Source: Octopus bimaculoides (lineage: Eukaryota). Taken from it: a stretch of DNA of 64,000 nucleotides. Below are positions 37,601 through 51,378 of this stretch, one piece after another. The DNA is taken from NCBI RefSeq assembly GCF_001194135.2, contig NC_069000.1:18983723-19047722 (forward strand), in the 5' to 3' direction. The notes beneath the pieces are model-generated. The model searched no databases. It saw nothing but the letters and a program-made list of their open reading frames with translations, and was not told the DNA's origin. Numbering within the stretch: position 1 is the first letter of the stretch; each line of letters opens with the position of its first letter. The translations under genes were made by a program, and so were the position numbers.

Positions 37601-38222
37601 CAGACTGTTGCTGCCATGACAGTTATGAAGATGCCCAGCCAAAGTCTCTCGCCAGACAGTTAGGTTCAGGCATACATTTACAGTCAACGATGTCATCATA
37701 ATGTAACCTAGCAGAAAGTATATATTTGAGGCAGACAGCATAGTGGAAAGACTAGTTAGCAGCAGGCAACAGACTGGAACATAATCTCCTCCCCCTTGTA
37801 ATAACATTACACACATATAAGGAAGAAAAGGAATCTGTATAAGAAAAAAAAATTAACATACATAAGGCCAGAATAAAATACCATAAAAATGTATTGAAAT
37901 CTTAATATAATATTCCATACAAGCTCATCAATAACCAAAAAAAAACAAATGAGGAGCTACAGGAAATGACCAGTCTGGGATCAGTTACTTTGTACTGCGG
38001 GGGGGGCCATGAAGATAGACTGGGTGGGAAGTTGTTACCAACTAAAGGTTGTCTGAAACTGGTTACTGTCACACACAGCAGACAGACAAGTATATGCATA
38101 TTATATTACTGCTAACAGTCAGACAAACCCCAATCAATGAGCTAACAATCTCTGAGTAAGTGGACAAAAATATACATAATTTGTTGTTGCTAACAGCCAG
38201 TCTGTCTAGTCATAAGAGTCTG
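37601..38222. promoter_or_regulatory. homotypic cluster of CAGAC/GTCTG (SMAD-box) motifs, enhancer candidate
   Basis: 11 copies counted by eye, starting at 37601, 37653, 37732, 37770, 37973, 38051, 38079, 38083, 38120, 38200 and 38218. Confidence 0.3.
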
Positions 38223-40235
38223 CTTCACAAAAGGTTCCACAGTTATATATGTTTTCACAAAGAAACAATATGTTCTCTCACACACACACACACGTGCACA
38301 TGCACACTCACACACACAAAATATGTATATAGATATAATGCAGACAGAATGATATATATGAACACAATTATAGAGTGAGACCAAGAAATAACACCTATAC
38401 ATTTGCACACATATATACACACACAAAATCACATGAGAAATGTTTTATCATATGACTCTTGTGTTATAGTTAACTAAATTGCCCATTAAAGTAAACGAAA
38501 AAGAAAAAAGAAAATCATATCTTTCCTATTTAGTATTTAAATTGTTCACTAATAAAGAGAAAACGTAATTTGAAAGGAATTTTTTTTTTAATAGAAACAT
38601 GTAAGCTTTTGTAAAATTACATTCAACTAATGACCAAATAAAGTTTATATTTGAACTGAATAATGAAAGATGCTGCGAAATAACTAAAAAGCTGCACAGG
38701 TAAGAAGATCAGCTGGTGATAGAAGCAAGTTCATCAGCATTTAATTGTTCACAAATATTGAATTGCATCAGTTTGCTAAAACAGTTTATTTTAGCAATTT
38801 CACTAAAAATAAACATTTATATAAAAGCTAAACAAAATAATAGATAACAATTTTCTAGAATTTAAACTTTGAAACTGTTTGGTTAAGTTCTTTTAAACGA
38901 CAAATTCAAATAATTTTTATCACATATTTCCAGTGTAAAAAGATAAAGTATTCAAAATACACTTCTTGGTGGAAATGCATTCAAATTAAATATTTCTAGT
39001 TTAAGTAATTAATTTTTTGTATATATATATAAATATATATACGACTGTTTCTCAAAAAAATCAAGCTTATAGAACACAAAAAGTTTAGTATGTCAGTCTG
39101 CGATTGAAAGTGAAACTTCCAAAGAGTTATGCATCATGGGACATGGGAAAAATGTCTGTTTTGAAATCATTATAGGCAGTACAATCCTGAATTTTTTCAG
39201 TATAATAGTTCTGGATATAGATTACTGCAATAGTAATAAGCACCTAGGAATCATGGATTTCAAGTTTATTATAACAAATAAGACTAATCAGATCAGGTTA
39301 AATGTTCAAAATGCATAGAATTCATGAAGAAAAGATACTTTTTAAGGATTTTTTTTTCTTTTACTGTTACTTCATTATATCAAAAGACTAACTAAAACAT
39401 TAAAATTAACCTTTTTTAATGTAGAATAGAAGCTGATTTTCATTTTTATAAGATGCAAATATTAATAGCATAAGCAATAATTGTATTTTAAATAATGAGA
39501 TAAGTTTTGAAAACTAAATACTTTATTTCATAGACATGGAATATTCATAAGAAAAAAAAACTGTCAGCTGATACAAGATCATCATATGATTTCTGCAAAT
39601 TGACACCCTCCCCCCATAAGATAGAAAATCTATTAGTTCACAACTTTCATTTGTTAAGTCTTATTATTCCGATAGATTACGCATTGAGTGTCAATGATTA
39701 GTGAGGACTTACTACATGAAAATAGGAGATTAACTCAATTAAACATTTAACAATCAATAATGCGAAATTGAACCTCTGTTAACAAGTACTGAAGCCAGAG
39801 ATTAAACTAGCAGTCTACATATGTACAGAGGATATAATTTTAAGAAGTGACCACATATTTATCAGAAGCAATATAAGATCCCATAAACATTATTTTATAC
39901 AAGACTTTAAATAACCAAATATTTAAATAATTTAAATGAATAGATGTTGTAAACTAAATAAGTTTATTGCAACAAAATCTAATCTACTCTATGTTAAACT
40001 GGTATTAAAATAAAACAAATTTACAAGTAATTCTTTGACAGTTTTGCTTGCAATGGTTAAACAACAAACAGCTGAAAAATATTGAAAATAATGCAGAGGA
40101 AGCAAAAAAAAAAGCATCTTTTATATTTTTCTTTTTTTTACTTTATGTTAAAAAATTTTCTGGCTAAATAGAGAAAGTATTAACACTGTAAAAATTTGGA
40201 AGACTTGGAGAACTATAAAGAATATAAAATGTTAC

Positions 40236-40800
40236 CTTAGTTATTTAAATAAACAAATAGAAGGAAAGAAAAAGAAAAAGAAAGCCTGAAGAACTACGCA
40301 ATCTGTTTGTTGCTGCCAGGTTAAGCCCTCATACTTTCCTTGTCATCAGCTGTGATGCTCAGTGTCAATAGCAGTAGTAGTAGCAGGCCTACTTTTTATT
40401 TCCTTTCTCATCTGTTTTATTTATATTTATTTTAGCAAAATGACTAGTTGACCTAGAAGGCTGTCTAGACAAGGACTACAGCAGCAGTAGCAGCAGTCGG
40501 CACAGTCAGCAGCAGTAACAGGCTGCTTGCACTAGACAGGGTGTAAATGGGGAGGGAGAGAGAAACACATATGCTGACAACAGGGAATAGTGGTAAGGAA
40601 CGAAATAGGTGAGAGAAAGAGAGAGACAGACAGAGGAGGAACGATAAGCAAGACAGGGGAGGCAACAACCTAGATTGAAGGGAATCAATATAAATGGTGT
40701 TACTATGTGAGTGGTTTTGTTTATTTGTATGTGTTAGGCTATCTGTCCTTGTAATGATATCACCTCTGACCCACGCATTCACTCTCAAGTGATAATCATT
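40236..40800 (-). promoter_or_regulatory. putative promoter / first exon of the minus-strand host transcript
   Basis: Unique GC-richer block with a CT-rich leader-like tract and CTG triplets on the minus strand. It contains DR1-like GGGTCAgAGGTGA (40772-40760), palindromic GTCTAGAC (40463-40470) and a donor AAG|GTAAC at 40236/40235. Confidence 0.35.
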
Positions 40801-41489
40801 ATCATTAGGAAATCATACTATTTAACTGATAAAATAGTTGCTACAGAGCTTACAAACAGTTTTTCTATGCGGTTATTTCATTCAATTTACAATATTTACG
40901 TTGGTTAAGTTGTATATTTAGAAATAATCAAGAAAAATAAGTTATTTGCTTTAAAAAAAAAATTTTTTAGCAAACAGTACAGAACAGTTATACAATAATT
41001 TCCAAAGACAAAAGAAATAATTTTCAGATAAAAGCTCAATTTAAATAAATAATTAAAAACTTCAAAATCCGAAGGAATATTTTAGAAAATTCTGATCTGT
41101 TAGTTGCAGAAAATCACAATGTAACAGCTGTGCATAGCAAAATCACCAGATTTAAACTGCAGAAATACTGTTCAGAAAGGGAAGCTTTTTTGACTATTCA
41201 AAACTGGTCTTGTATACAAAGGCTTGAAATTTGAAGCAGACGGAATTTCTGTCATGCACACAAAGAGACAACCAAATTAACTTTTGAATTGAAAGCGTCT
41301 TGCCCAGCATTTTACCAAAAGTACTTGGGTAGCGTGTCAGACTAAACTTTCAGTATTTGATTTAACAATTGCAATTCCAGTTAAAATTTTATACAGGATA
41401 TTTGATCTGATATACAGCTAACAAGAAGTTATTCTAAATTTTGTTTAACTTTCAAGGATGTGTTTTTTATATATAAGGTCTTGGGTGAA

Positions 41490-41640
41490 GACAGGGTTGA
41501 ATTGTTAAGAAATATGTTTCACAACTACATGGTTTCAGGTTTCAATTCCACTGTGCAACACATCAACATGTCTTCTGCCATAGCCTTTAACACGACCAAA
41601 TATTTGAGTGAAATCTGGCAGATGGAAACTGTGTATGATG
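41490..41640 (+). mobile_element. CORE-type SINE fragment
   Basis: caactacatggtttcaggtttcaattccactgtg..gcagatggaaactg. Confidence 0.5.
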
Positions 41641-43683
41641 GCATCCCATCATAGGGACCATTTCTGTTAAATGATAGACTTAATCAACGACCAGCTTCCT
41701 ACCACTTCCTGGCTTTTGGTGCCGGTAGCAGAGTTCACTCAGTTGTTAAAACATGGAAGCCAAGTCTCTGGTATGTGGTTAAGTTCTTCCCACTAGTCTT
41801 GGAGATCCTGCCGTTGTCATAATTAACCCAAAACATACATACATAAACATATATAAATGTCTTTCATAAATGTCAAAATTAAGGGTATTATTTTCAAGCA
41901 AGTTTAAGAATAACAACTAATGAGAGTGATTTAATCTTGCAAATAGAGCCAAAATGAATTTTATCTTTAAACACATACACTCTCTCTTTCTCAAAACACT
42001 ATTAGTTATAATTTTCAATAGCAAATAAAACAAAAAGAATTAAAAACATTTCTAAACAAACGAAATAAAAGAGTAAATGTTCATATTTCATAACTTTCCC
42101 CATGTTGACATATACCCATTTGCATATTTGTGTTGCTAGAATAATAATTAAGATTCTTTTCCTACTGCCCACCTATAGAATCATTATTTATTTTGTTAAG
42201 AAGTTTGCTTCACAGTTACATGATTTCAGATTCACATCTTACAGCATGGGACCTTTGGCAAGTGTCTTCTACTTTATCCCAAGGTGTAATTTGGTAGATG
42301 AAAATTTTGAGTGAATTTGGTAGATAAAAATGAGGTCCACTGTGTGTTTGTCTCAGGTCGAAAAAATTTTTTTTAATACCCTGTATCTGTCTGTGTTTTC
42401 TGAACCAGTCTTATGTCTCTGTCTTGTGTGTTTTTAGTTTTAAGACTTGACTTCAAAAGCCAGGTGAGTGATACCAACTTTTTCTAGCATCATAAAATGT
42501 ATGTCTGGATAAAAAGTTGGTTGATGAAATGAGTTTATCCATTTCTGTTTTTCTGTCAAATCCAATTAATTACAGTATACATCCGTCACCAATGCTTTGA
42601 TATATTTACATACATATAGACTTTATGTGCGTGTATGTGCACGCATGCATGTTGACACCCCACTGCTTCACATGAGCAAAATGGTAATTTGATATTTACA
42701 TTCTTGATTGACATTTTGGTCAGCCGCTTCACATTTTTGAGTATCTGTGAAATAAAAATTCCTTAATGGTGGTGACATGAAAAGCATCCAGCTGTAAGGT
42801 TCTGCTTCATTTATGTTCATGTACAACCCATGCTAGCATGGAGAAATGGATATTCATCATCACCGTTTAACGTCTACCTTCCATGTTGGCATAGGGGCAT
42901 GTATCTATATATGTATCATAAAGACTAAGAGTAATTTCCTAAAAAAGGGTAGAGCCTTTGAGTTAGAATCCAACATTATGTAACATTACACATACATTAC
43001 ATTTTTATTAAATATACATTTTCATCCCCATTTAGAATACTTTTTTGGACAGTGAAACTCAAACTCACTAAGGAAACAACTACTAGCATAAAGATATATT
43101 TTAAAAATATTCTGAGAGTAGCTGACTGAATAAGATATCTCAGTTCTGGATAAAATTTTATGTTTAATCAGTTCACAAACATAAAATAACGAAGTACATT
43201 CTAATATTAAAAGTAAATATTTAACAATGTAGATGTCCAAACTAAACAACAAATTTGAAATATTATGACTAGATTAAAACAACGTTATTTTAATGACAGC
43301 TGTTATTTCAAATCTATCTCTGTTTTATGCAGATGAGCAAGATAGTCTATTTTGTCACATAATACCTACAGTGCAATTGTTTGGTAACTGTTACTATGGC
43401 AGTGCATAAGTAAATGAAAGATTTTGGTGTTGAATGCAATTAATAGGATAAACTGTAAGGAGGAAAAGAATAAGTAGTTGAAAATGAAATTATTTAGTGT
43501 TAGTTGCATAAATGTGCACATATTACATATTTAGAAATAGGTCGAGAAGACCATAATAAACTTTAAAGACATATGTGTTTAGTATCTAGACTACTGTACT
43601 ATTTTAAGAAAAAGAAGAAAAAAATCTTTGCTAACAATAATTATAAACAAAATCTTTCTACATGTCTCCGAAATATAAAAAAG

Positions 43684-43841
43684 CAGGGGCAGACTGAGAG
43701 TATTAAGGGCCCTTGGGCATAACTGTTTACCAGGCTCTTTTGAATGTGTGTTTTAGTAGAGTTAACATGTAGAGTGTGGGCCCCTCAGCACTCCTGACCC
43801 TCGGGCAGTGCCTGATAGATTGACAACTCAGTCTGCCCCTG
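43684..43841. mobile_element. hAT-like MITE, 158 bp
   Basis: Perfect 15-bp TIRs CAGGGGCAGACTGAG / CTCAGTCTGCCCCTG; flanks taaaaaag and gtaaaaag approximate an 8-bp TSD. Confidence 0.75.
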
Positions 43842-43907
43842 GTAAAAAGTATGCCATGTAGAAGGAACAAGACAAATTTCAGCTATGGCATTCTAAATAA
43901 TGTGAGT

Positions 43908-44290
43908 GTGCATATGCCTGTGTGATAAGAAGCTTGCTTTTCAACCACATGATTCTAGGTTCAGTACCACTGCATGGCACCTTGAGCAAGTGTCTTCTAC
44001 CTGAGCCTTGGGAATAGATTTGATAGAAAGAAACTGAAAGAAGCCCATCATGTGTGTTTGTGAATGTATGTATATTTGTGTCTTTGTGTTTGTCCCTTAC
44101 CACTACTTGACAACTGGTGTTGATTTGTTCACATTCCTGTAACATAATGGTTTGGTAAAAGAGACTGATAGAATAAGTAGCTAGCTTAAAAAAGATAACT
44201 ACTAGGGCTGGTTTTTTTCAACTAAAACTCTTCATGGCGATGCCCCAGAATGGCTGTAGTTTAATGACTGGAACAAGTAAAAGATAATAA
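43908..44290 (+). mobile_element. full-length CORE-type SINE
   Basis: tgtgtgataagaagcttgc head, gcatggcaccttgagcaagtgtcttctac core, gactggaacaagtaaaaga tail. Confidence 0.75.
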
Positions 44291-44789
44291 ATAAAGGATA
44301 TATGTATAAAACTCTTCATTTAACTAAAAGTGCTAAATATTCCTAAGCAGAATTTTAAAAATTCATATTTATTCTTTCCTGAATAAAACAAATGTAAGAA
44401 AGAAAATTACTCTAGACGAAAAAATATGAAGATCTTTTTACAGAAAATAATTTTCCTATTGAAAGTTGCCCAGAGAGAGAGAGAGAAAAGAAGGAAAAAC
44501 TTTTTGAGGGACTAAAAATTACAATGGGATATAAAAGAAGAGCTATAATTACCAACATAATTAAATATTTGACTTATGAGCCACTGATTTCTAATCAAAT
44601 ATTTGGGATGATGATAAATTATGTGTACACAAGGAATTTCGTCTGATAATTTCTTTGTATATGAGTAACAATTTAAAAAGTCTGAAATACAACTAAATGT
44701 AATCTCTATATAATCGTAACTGAAATAAATGTTGGTTGGTTGAATTCTCCAGTCATGCTTTACACCATATATATATATATATATATATA

Positions 44790-45412
44790 CAGGGTACAAT
44801 GGGTAAATTGTCACCATTACAAACTTTTAATTTCGCGCATGCGCATTGTTTGTTTTTCATTTTGTCAACTACACAGTATAATAGGGTCAGTTGGGAACCG
44901 TCTGTGAGAAAAACAACACCATGACGCAATTCACTCTGACAGAAATTTGGAAACGACATGCTGTACTGCTTGGCATTAGGTGTCAATCTGAGGACACGTA
45001 TCAAGGGCGATAAAAATCAAGCATCTAGTCAACATCATGGCGTTTGAGTGATAATGTCACTGATGGTGACATTATGCCTCCATTCATCTTCCCACAGTCT
45101 CAGACTCAACATGAAGGCATACATCAAGTACCTGGAGGAGGTAGTGCAGCCCTGGGTCAAGAGGGTGGCTGCTGGAAGACCCTATGTCTGGCAACAGGAC
45201 TCTGTACCATGCTACAGAAGCAAGAGAACCCAGTCATGGCTGTCAGACAATTTCTGCGTTCACATAACCCCTGACATCTGGCCACCTAACCCCTCACACT
45301 TCAACCCTTTGATTATTATGTGTGGGGCGCAGTTGAGCGACAGATCAACAAAACTCCTTGTGACACCAAAGATGTACTGAAGGCAAGGATTATGGCAGCA
45401 TTCACCAACTTA
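44790..45412 (+). mobile_element. internally deleted Tc1/mariner-superfamily element, DD37D (maT-type); right end lost in the gap
   Basis: Starts TA|CAGGGT. Transposase pieces MTQFTLTEIWKRHAVLLG and YVWQQDSVPC..DIWPPNPSHFNP(L, 1-nt frameshift)DYYVWGAVER; 37 residues lie between the second and third Asp. Confidence 0.85.
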
Positions 45413-45809
45413 NNNNNNNNNNNNNNNNNNNNNNNNNNNNNNNNNNNNNNNNNNNNNNNNNNNNNNNNNNNNNNNNNNNNNNNNNNNNNNNNNNNNNNNN
45501 NNNNNNNNNNNNGAAAGAGAATATGTGTGTGAACTTCCATAATATAAAATCAACATGAGGAGTAATTTTGATTCCCTTTTCGTTTACTTTCTAGATCTTG
45601 TATTTAATTGTATTTTAAGGTGAATATTTTTGTTTTGAAAATTAGTATTCGTTTCATCATTAAGCACTAAGAAATTTGATAAGAATTAAATTACAAATAT
45701 TGTATGCATGCTATATTTTCTGATACTACCTGAGGTGGCTATAGTACATTTCTAAAGCTGCCCATCGTCTGACGGATAAGACACTAATTATACATAATAC
45801 AGAGAAGAA

Positions 45810-46200
45810 AATGAAACCAGTACTGCTAAAGTAGACTTTGCCTGTCATCCTTTTGGAGTTGATGAAATAAGTACCAGTTGAGTATTAGGGTTGCTGTAAT
45901 CAACAAGTCCCTTCTCAGCAAAATTTCAGGCTTTCTGTCTATAGTAGAGAGGATTATCATCATTATCATCAACTGAACTAGCTGAATCATTAACACGTCA
46001 GACAAAATGGTTAGCAGCATTTCTTCTAGGTTTTCACATTTGAAGTTGAAATTCTGCCGAGGCCGACTCTGTCCGTGATTCTTTTGGGATAGACAAAATT
46101 GAAGTGTCAGTCAAGTACTGAGGTTGACGTAATCAACTAATCCCCTTCCACACAAATTGCTGGCCTTGTGCCAAAATTAGAAATTATTATTATTATTATT
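45810..46200. mobile_element. head-to-head pair of ATT-tailed SINEs
   Basis: Two copies with actttgcctgtcatcc / gccgaggccgactctg core blocks and ggccttgtgcc tails. Orientation of the first copy is uncertain. Confidence 0.45.
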
Positions 46201-47079
46201 TACTGTACATGAGTTACTTGCCTCCTGAGAATAGCAGTTTACATGTTAAACATCAGTTATTTCCCTTGAATTTTGTCTTTCACTTTATCAAGGATTAAGA
46301 ACTCTGGAATTCAAAGACCCAAGGTACAAGACAGGAGCCTCTAGATATGTGGTTTGATTTTCATTTAAGTTAACTCTATTATTTCAATGAAACATATAGA
46401 ATATTAGATCAACCAAAAGAATTTATTTATGCAAATTATTTAACAATAAATTCCCCAACCAACATAAAAACAATAAAGGTAGAAGAGCATCTTAGTGAGA
46501 TGTCTTTGTAAAATATTTTAAAAGCTAGACAATTATGGTTAAAAACAACATTATGTATAAACTTTCAAATATTCACAATATATTTGAAATAAAATGCAGT
46601 CACAGCTATTTCAACTAAAACTATATGACAATAATAAATTTAATATAAAGATCAAGAAATTAAAACTATTTTAGCTTTTTTTCTATTATTTTAACAAAAA
46701 ATATTTCTATTTCTGTATTTTCTTTTCAGTAATAACCTTATATGGAGATGGCTTGAACTTTCATCAAGTGGCCATACAAATAATACTACTAAGATTAATG
46801 CGGTTCTAGTTATGTCAGTCTAAAGAGACACTGTATCTATAAAATCAGTTTAAGCAACAAGATTTTTGTATAATAAAAGCTAAAATACATTTCCATAAAA
46901 AATTTCCCTAAAAAAATTTGTCTCTAAAAATCTACAAATTAAATAGTTGTGTATTTCAGAATTGCAAAAAAGAAAGAAAAAGCATTCTCAGAGTTTATAA
47001 ACAGTATGATATTGTTATGCTATTTGACAGTTGAAACCAATACAGATGTATCAATGAAAGAATATTTTATACATATATA

Positions 47080-47135
<56 letters not shown>

Positions 47136-47138
<3 letters not shown>

Positions 47139-47306
47139 TTGTGTATATAAATATAAGATTGACCAGTGACCGGTCTGTCAAAGTGCTAGAAGAAGCTCAC
47201 TTAAAAATTCTCAAATACGGATTCAGCGGAGCAAAAACAGGCGGGCTAGACCAGTGAAGCTTCTTCTAGCATTTTGACAGACTGGTCAATCTTATATACA
47301 CAAGTA
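47136..47306. mobile_element. MITE-like fold-back element with about 53-bp imperfect TIRs, TA-flanked
   Basis: Left arm tacttgtgtata..taagattgaccagt..ctgtcaaagtgctagaagaagctcac (47136-47200) is the reverse complement of the right arm 47254-47306, apart from two small insertions and point differences. Confidence 0.75.
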
Positions 47307-47427
47307 CTATAATCTTTTTAGGATCTCGAAAATTTTTTTCAAGAACCTTCTGATTCTTTTAATGTGTTAGTTTCCTGGTATTAAATTGATATTAATTAAT
47401 ATCGAATATTTACCATATTATGTTAAT

Positions 47428-47458
<31 letters not shown>

Positions 47459-50282
47459 GAAATCATTTAGGGAATTGCCACATTAACCACAAATGAAAAC
47501 AATACTCTCAGTGGATAACGCTGATCTTTTGGTTAGCCTATTCATATCTTATTCAAATGCTCAATAGATAGAAAAAGAAGAAAACCTGTATAGATGAATG
47601 ACACATGAGAATATTAGACAACCAGTTCCTGTCAGAAATGCTTTGTCTCGGGGTTAAAATACATAATTGTAAAATAGTCCAGTCCACCTGATTGTGTGTA
47701 GGTGGCACAGGGTAAGAACACCTTGCGACTAGTTATAGTGCCAATACTAAAATTAGAAAGTAGGTAGTTTGTAGGAATAGTAACATGCAATAGACTGGCA
47801 TCCTATCTAGGGGAGATAAGAACCCATCCAGTTTTGCCAAATGACGTGTGCGTATATGTATACACACATACATATAAAACAATTAAAAGTTGTTGGAGAT
47901 TTTAAATCATTGCTACTCCAAGTTTCATAATTTCTATATCAATATTTCTTAGAGGAGAGACTGGTTTCAAACTCTATTTCTATTTAATAAATCTCAAAGT
48001 TATATGCACTTCTGAAAAGAAAGAGTGGTTGAATAAAATTAGTGGTAGTGAAATCTTAATTTACTGAAATGTAATTATTGCATACACACATCTTTTTACT
48101 GTGAAATTTAAACGAGACGCGTGATTTTTTAAAAGAATAGGACCAAAATTAGCAAACTGAGGAATGAGGGCTGCTGTGATACTCTATGACAACAATAAAT
48201 TGGCAATAAGATTTGGGATATCTACAAGAACATAGCATGCAATTTAATTAAATACAATTCATTGGTTATGTAATATGAACTAATGATACAGATTAGGCAT
48301 TGATAAGCTGAGAATACATATGCAGTTTTAGGAGGTCATAGTTTAAGTATGCAAGGAAGACAACTGTGTTATATTAGAGATTACGAGAACGGCAATATAA
48401 GTAGTCGAACATGAAAAATAGAATTTAAAATGTTGATCTTAAAAAATATAGGAGTGTTGGAGAGAAACTGGTCTACTCAGATAGCCAATCAATAGAAGTG
48501 AGAACTACTACATACCAAAACGGATGTATAATTTAGAAATAACGTAGATCTCAATTTATCAAAATGCACATTTTGTTACTGTAATTTTGTGAAGGCATAC
48601 AGCTTGAAAGTTAAAAATAATGGAAAGAAATAACTTACAAATCTAGAAATCCATCACATATAATCATGTGACTATTTTCTTACCTTCATTTTGAATAATA
48701 AGTAAATTGATGACTGATCGGAGATGAAAACACTAGACTTTATCAAGCTCATTTCTAAGAGAATAGTTTTAAAAAATGTGGATACTAATTTTCTTTATCC
48801 ATTTGAAACAAAAACGAAATGTTAAAGACAAGTAATATAGGTGCAATCTTTAGTTAATAGTTGGAATCTTAGTCACCAGAACAGCTAATTTGTGTTAGTG
48901 ATCAGAAAAATGTCCTAACAGTAAAACTTCATAATTTTGTATAGCTTAAAATATAATTCAGTACACTAAGTAACTTTGAGTCAAATTTAAAAATTAAGGA
49001 GACTTATATATTGAATTAAAATGAAAAATGTAATCTTCTTCAAACAGCAGCTTAGTTCCAAACAACATAAGATCAGAGTTCTTATTTCTTCCACACATTT
49101 TTTTTTTCTTTTCTCTTTTTAATATTTGCAGAGTCAATAAAGTAAATACTAGAAACAAATTAGCATAACTGTTCAGAAATTTACATATTATGTTCTGAAT
49201 TTGTTGTTCCACATTATACAAGCAGTATGTAACATGATTTATTGAACATTCTATATTTGCTGCCTCGATTATTCAAGTTTATTGAATTAATCAGTTTTAA
49301 TCAAATGCAACTTTTAAATTAAGAAATATATTTATCCTGATTACATTCATCTTCATTCCATTATAAAAAAAATAAGACTGTTAGCATTTATCAACAAATT
49401 TAAATATACTAAAGATTCACCTAACATAAACTCAAATATTTGTAAATATCTAAAATAAAATTACATTAAAATTAATGCATCGATAAAAACTGCATGTGCA
49501 ACAAATGAAAGTGATTGAAAAGTAGAATTTATTGCAAATAAGGGTTGATTCAGTCATTTCAAAGAGAGCACATGCTTTTCAAAGGTTTACAGGTGACAAA
49601 ATTACTGATGATAAGCAAACTATGCTTCATCATTGGTAAAAAGCAAATTGACATGTGTAAAAATGACATCACATGATTACTCAAATCACATGCTAAAGAA
49701 GTAACCTGTGGAGACCTACAGCTGAATGATAGCATTTGATGAAGAAGATGAAGTCTAAGAAATTCCCCAAACTATGAAGCTTTTGATCAAGTAATTAACT
49801 AAGGCCATTCATCTTATTGAAACAGGGATGGCAAAGTTTGAGAAGCAAGTTCCTTATGAAGAGAGACTAAGTTTAATGGAGTGACTAACTGCTTCAAATA
49901 GTAGAAGGCTATTTATAATGAAAAACCCCCAAAATCTCTATCCAGGCCTGTTTTGATGTTTACTTCCAGAAATTGACTCCAGAAGTAAACACCTTATTCT
50001 CTATCAGTAGAAATAAACCATTTTTTTCTTCTGCATCATTCACTTAATGTCATCTTAATTATTAATCTAGTATATCTTTCCAGTATGCAAAACATCAAAA
50101 AGAATGAGACTGATAACCGTTTAATCGTCATCATCAACATCATTTAACGTCCACCTTCCATGCTATCTTTTTTATTTCTATCTAAATTAAGGAATATTTC
50201 ATCAATATTTTTACATACAAACATGCACTGTCTGTTTCTCTACAGATTATAATGTTGTTAGATTTATTATTATTATTACCAT

Positions 50283-51347
50283 CATTAAAAAGACAGCAAG
50301 CTGGCAGAATCGGTAGCACGTTGGAAAAAATGCTTAGCGGTATTTCGTCTGTCTTTATGTTCTAAGTTCAAATTCCGCTGAGGTTGACTTTGCCTTTCAT
50401 CCTTTTGGAATTGATAAAATAAATACCAATTACACACTAGGGTCAATGTAATTGACTTATCCCCTCCCTACAAATTTCAATCCTTGTGCTTTTAGTAGAA
50501 AGGATTTTTATCATTATTATTGTTAAAGCAGTGAGCTGGCAGAACCGTTAGCACGCAAGGTGAAATGCTTAGTGGTATTTCATCAGCCGCTATGTTCTGA
50601 GTTCAAATTCTGCCAAGGTCGACTTTGCCTTTCATCCTTTTGAGGTTGATGAAATAAGTATCAGTTATGCACTGGGGTTGATGCAATTGGCTTCATCCCT
50701 TCCTCCAAATTTGAGGCCTTGTGCTTCCAGGAGAATTATTATTATTATTAAGGCGGTGATCTAACAGAATCGTTAGCACACCAGGCAAAATGCTTAGTGG
50801 CATTTCATCTGTCATTATGACCTGAGTTCAAATTCCGCCAAGGTAGATTTTGCCTTTCATCTTTTTGGGGTTGATGAAATAAGTACCAGTTATGCACTGA
50901 GATTGATGTAAAATTTCATGCCCCAAAATTTTATGCCTTGTGTCTCCAGTAGAAAGGATTGTTATTGTTATTATTATTATTANNNNNNNNNNNNNNNNNN
51001 NNNNNNNNNNNNNNNNNNNNNNNNNNNNNNNNNNNNNNNNNNNNNNNNNNNNNNNNNNNNNNNNNNNNNNNNNNCCCACCAAAATTTCAGGCCTTGTGCC
51101 TAAAATAAAAAGGAGTATTATTATAATTGTTATCATTATTATTATTATTAAGGTGGTGAGCTGGCAGAATTGTTAGCAGGCCAAAATGATTGACAGTATT
51201 TTGTTTGTCTTCACATCCTCAGTTCAACTTGCCTTTCATCGTTTCAGGGTCAATAAAATAAGAACCAGTTGAGGGCTAGGGTCAATGTAATCAACTATAC
51301 CCCTCCCCAAATTTCAGGCCTTGTGCCTTTAGTAGAAAGGATTGTTA

Positions 51348-51378
<31 letters not shown>

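Noticed and set aside
49640-49700. TGACATCA and paired CACATG E-box-like motifs
   Set aside because: Too few short motifs to exceed chance.
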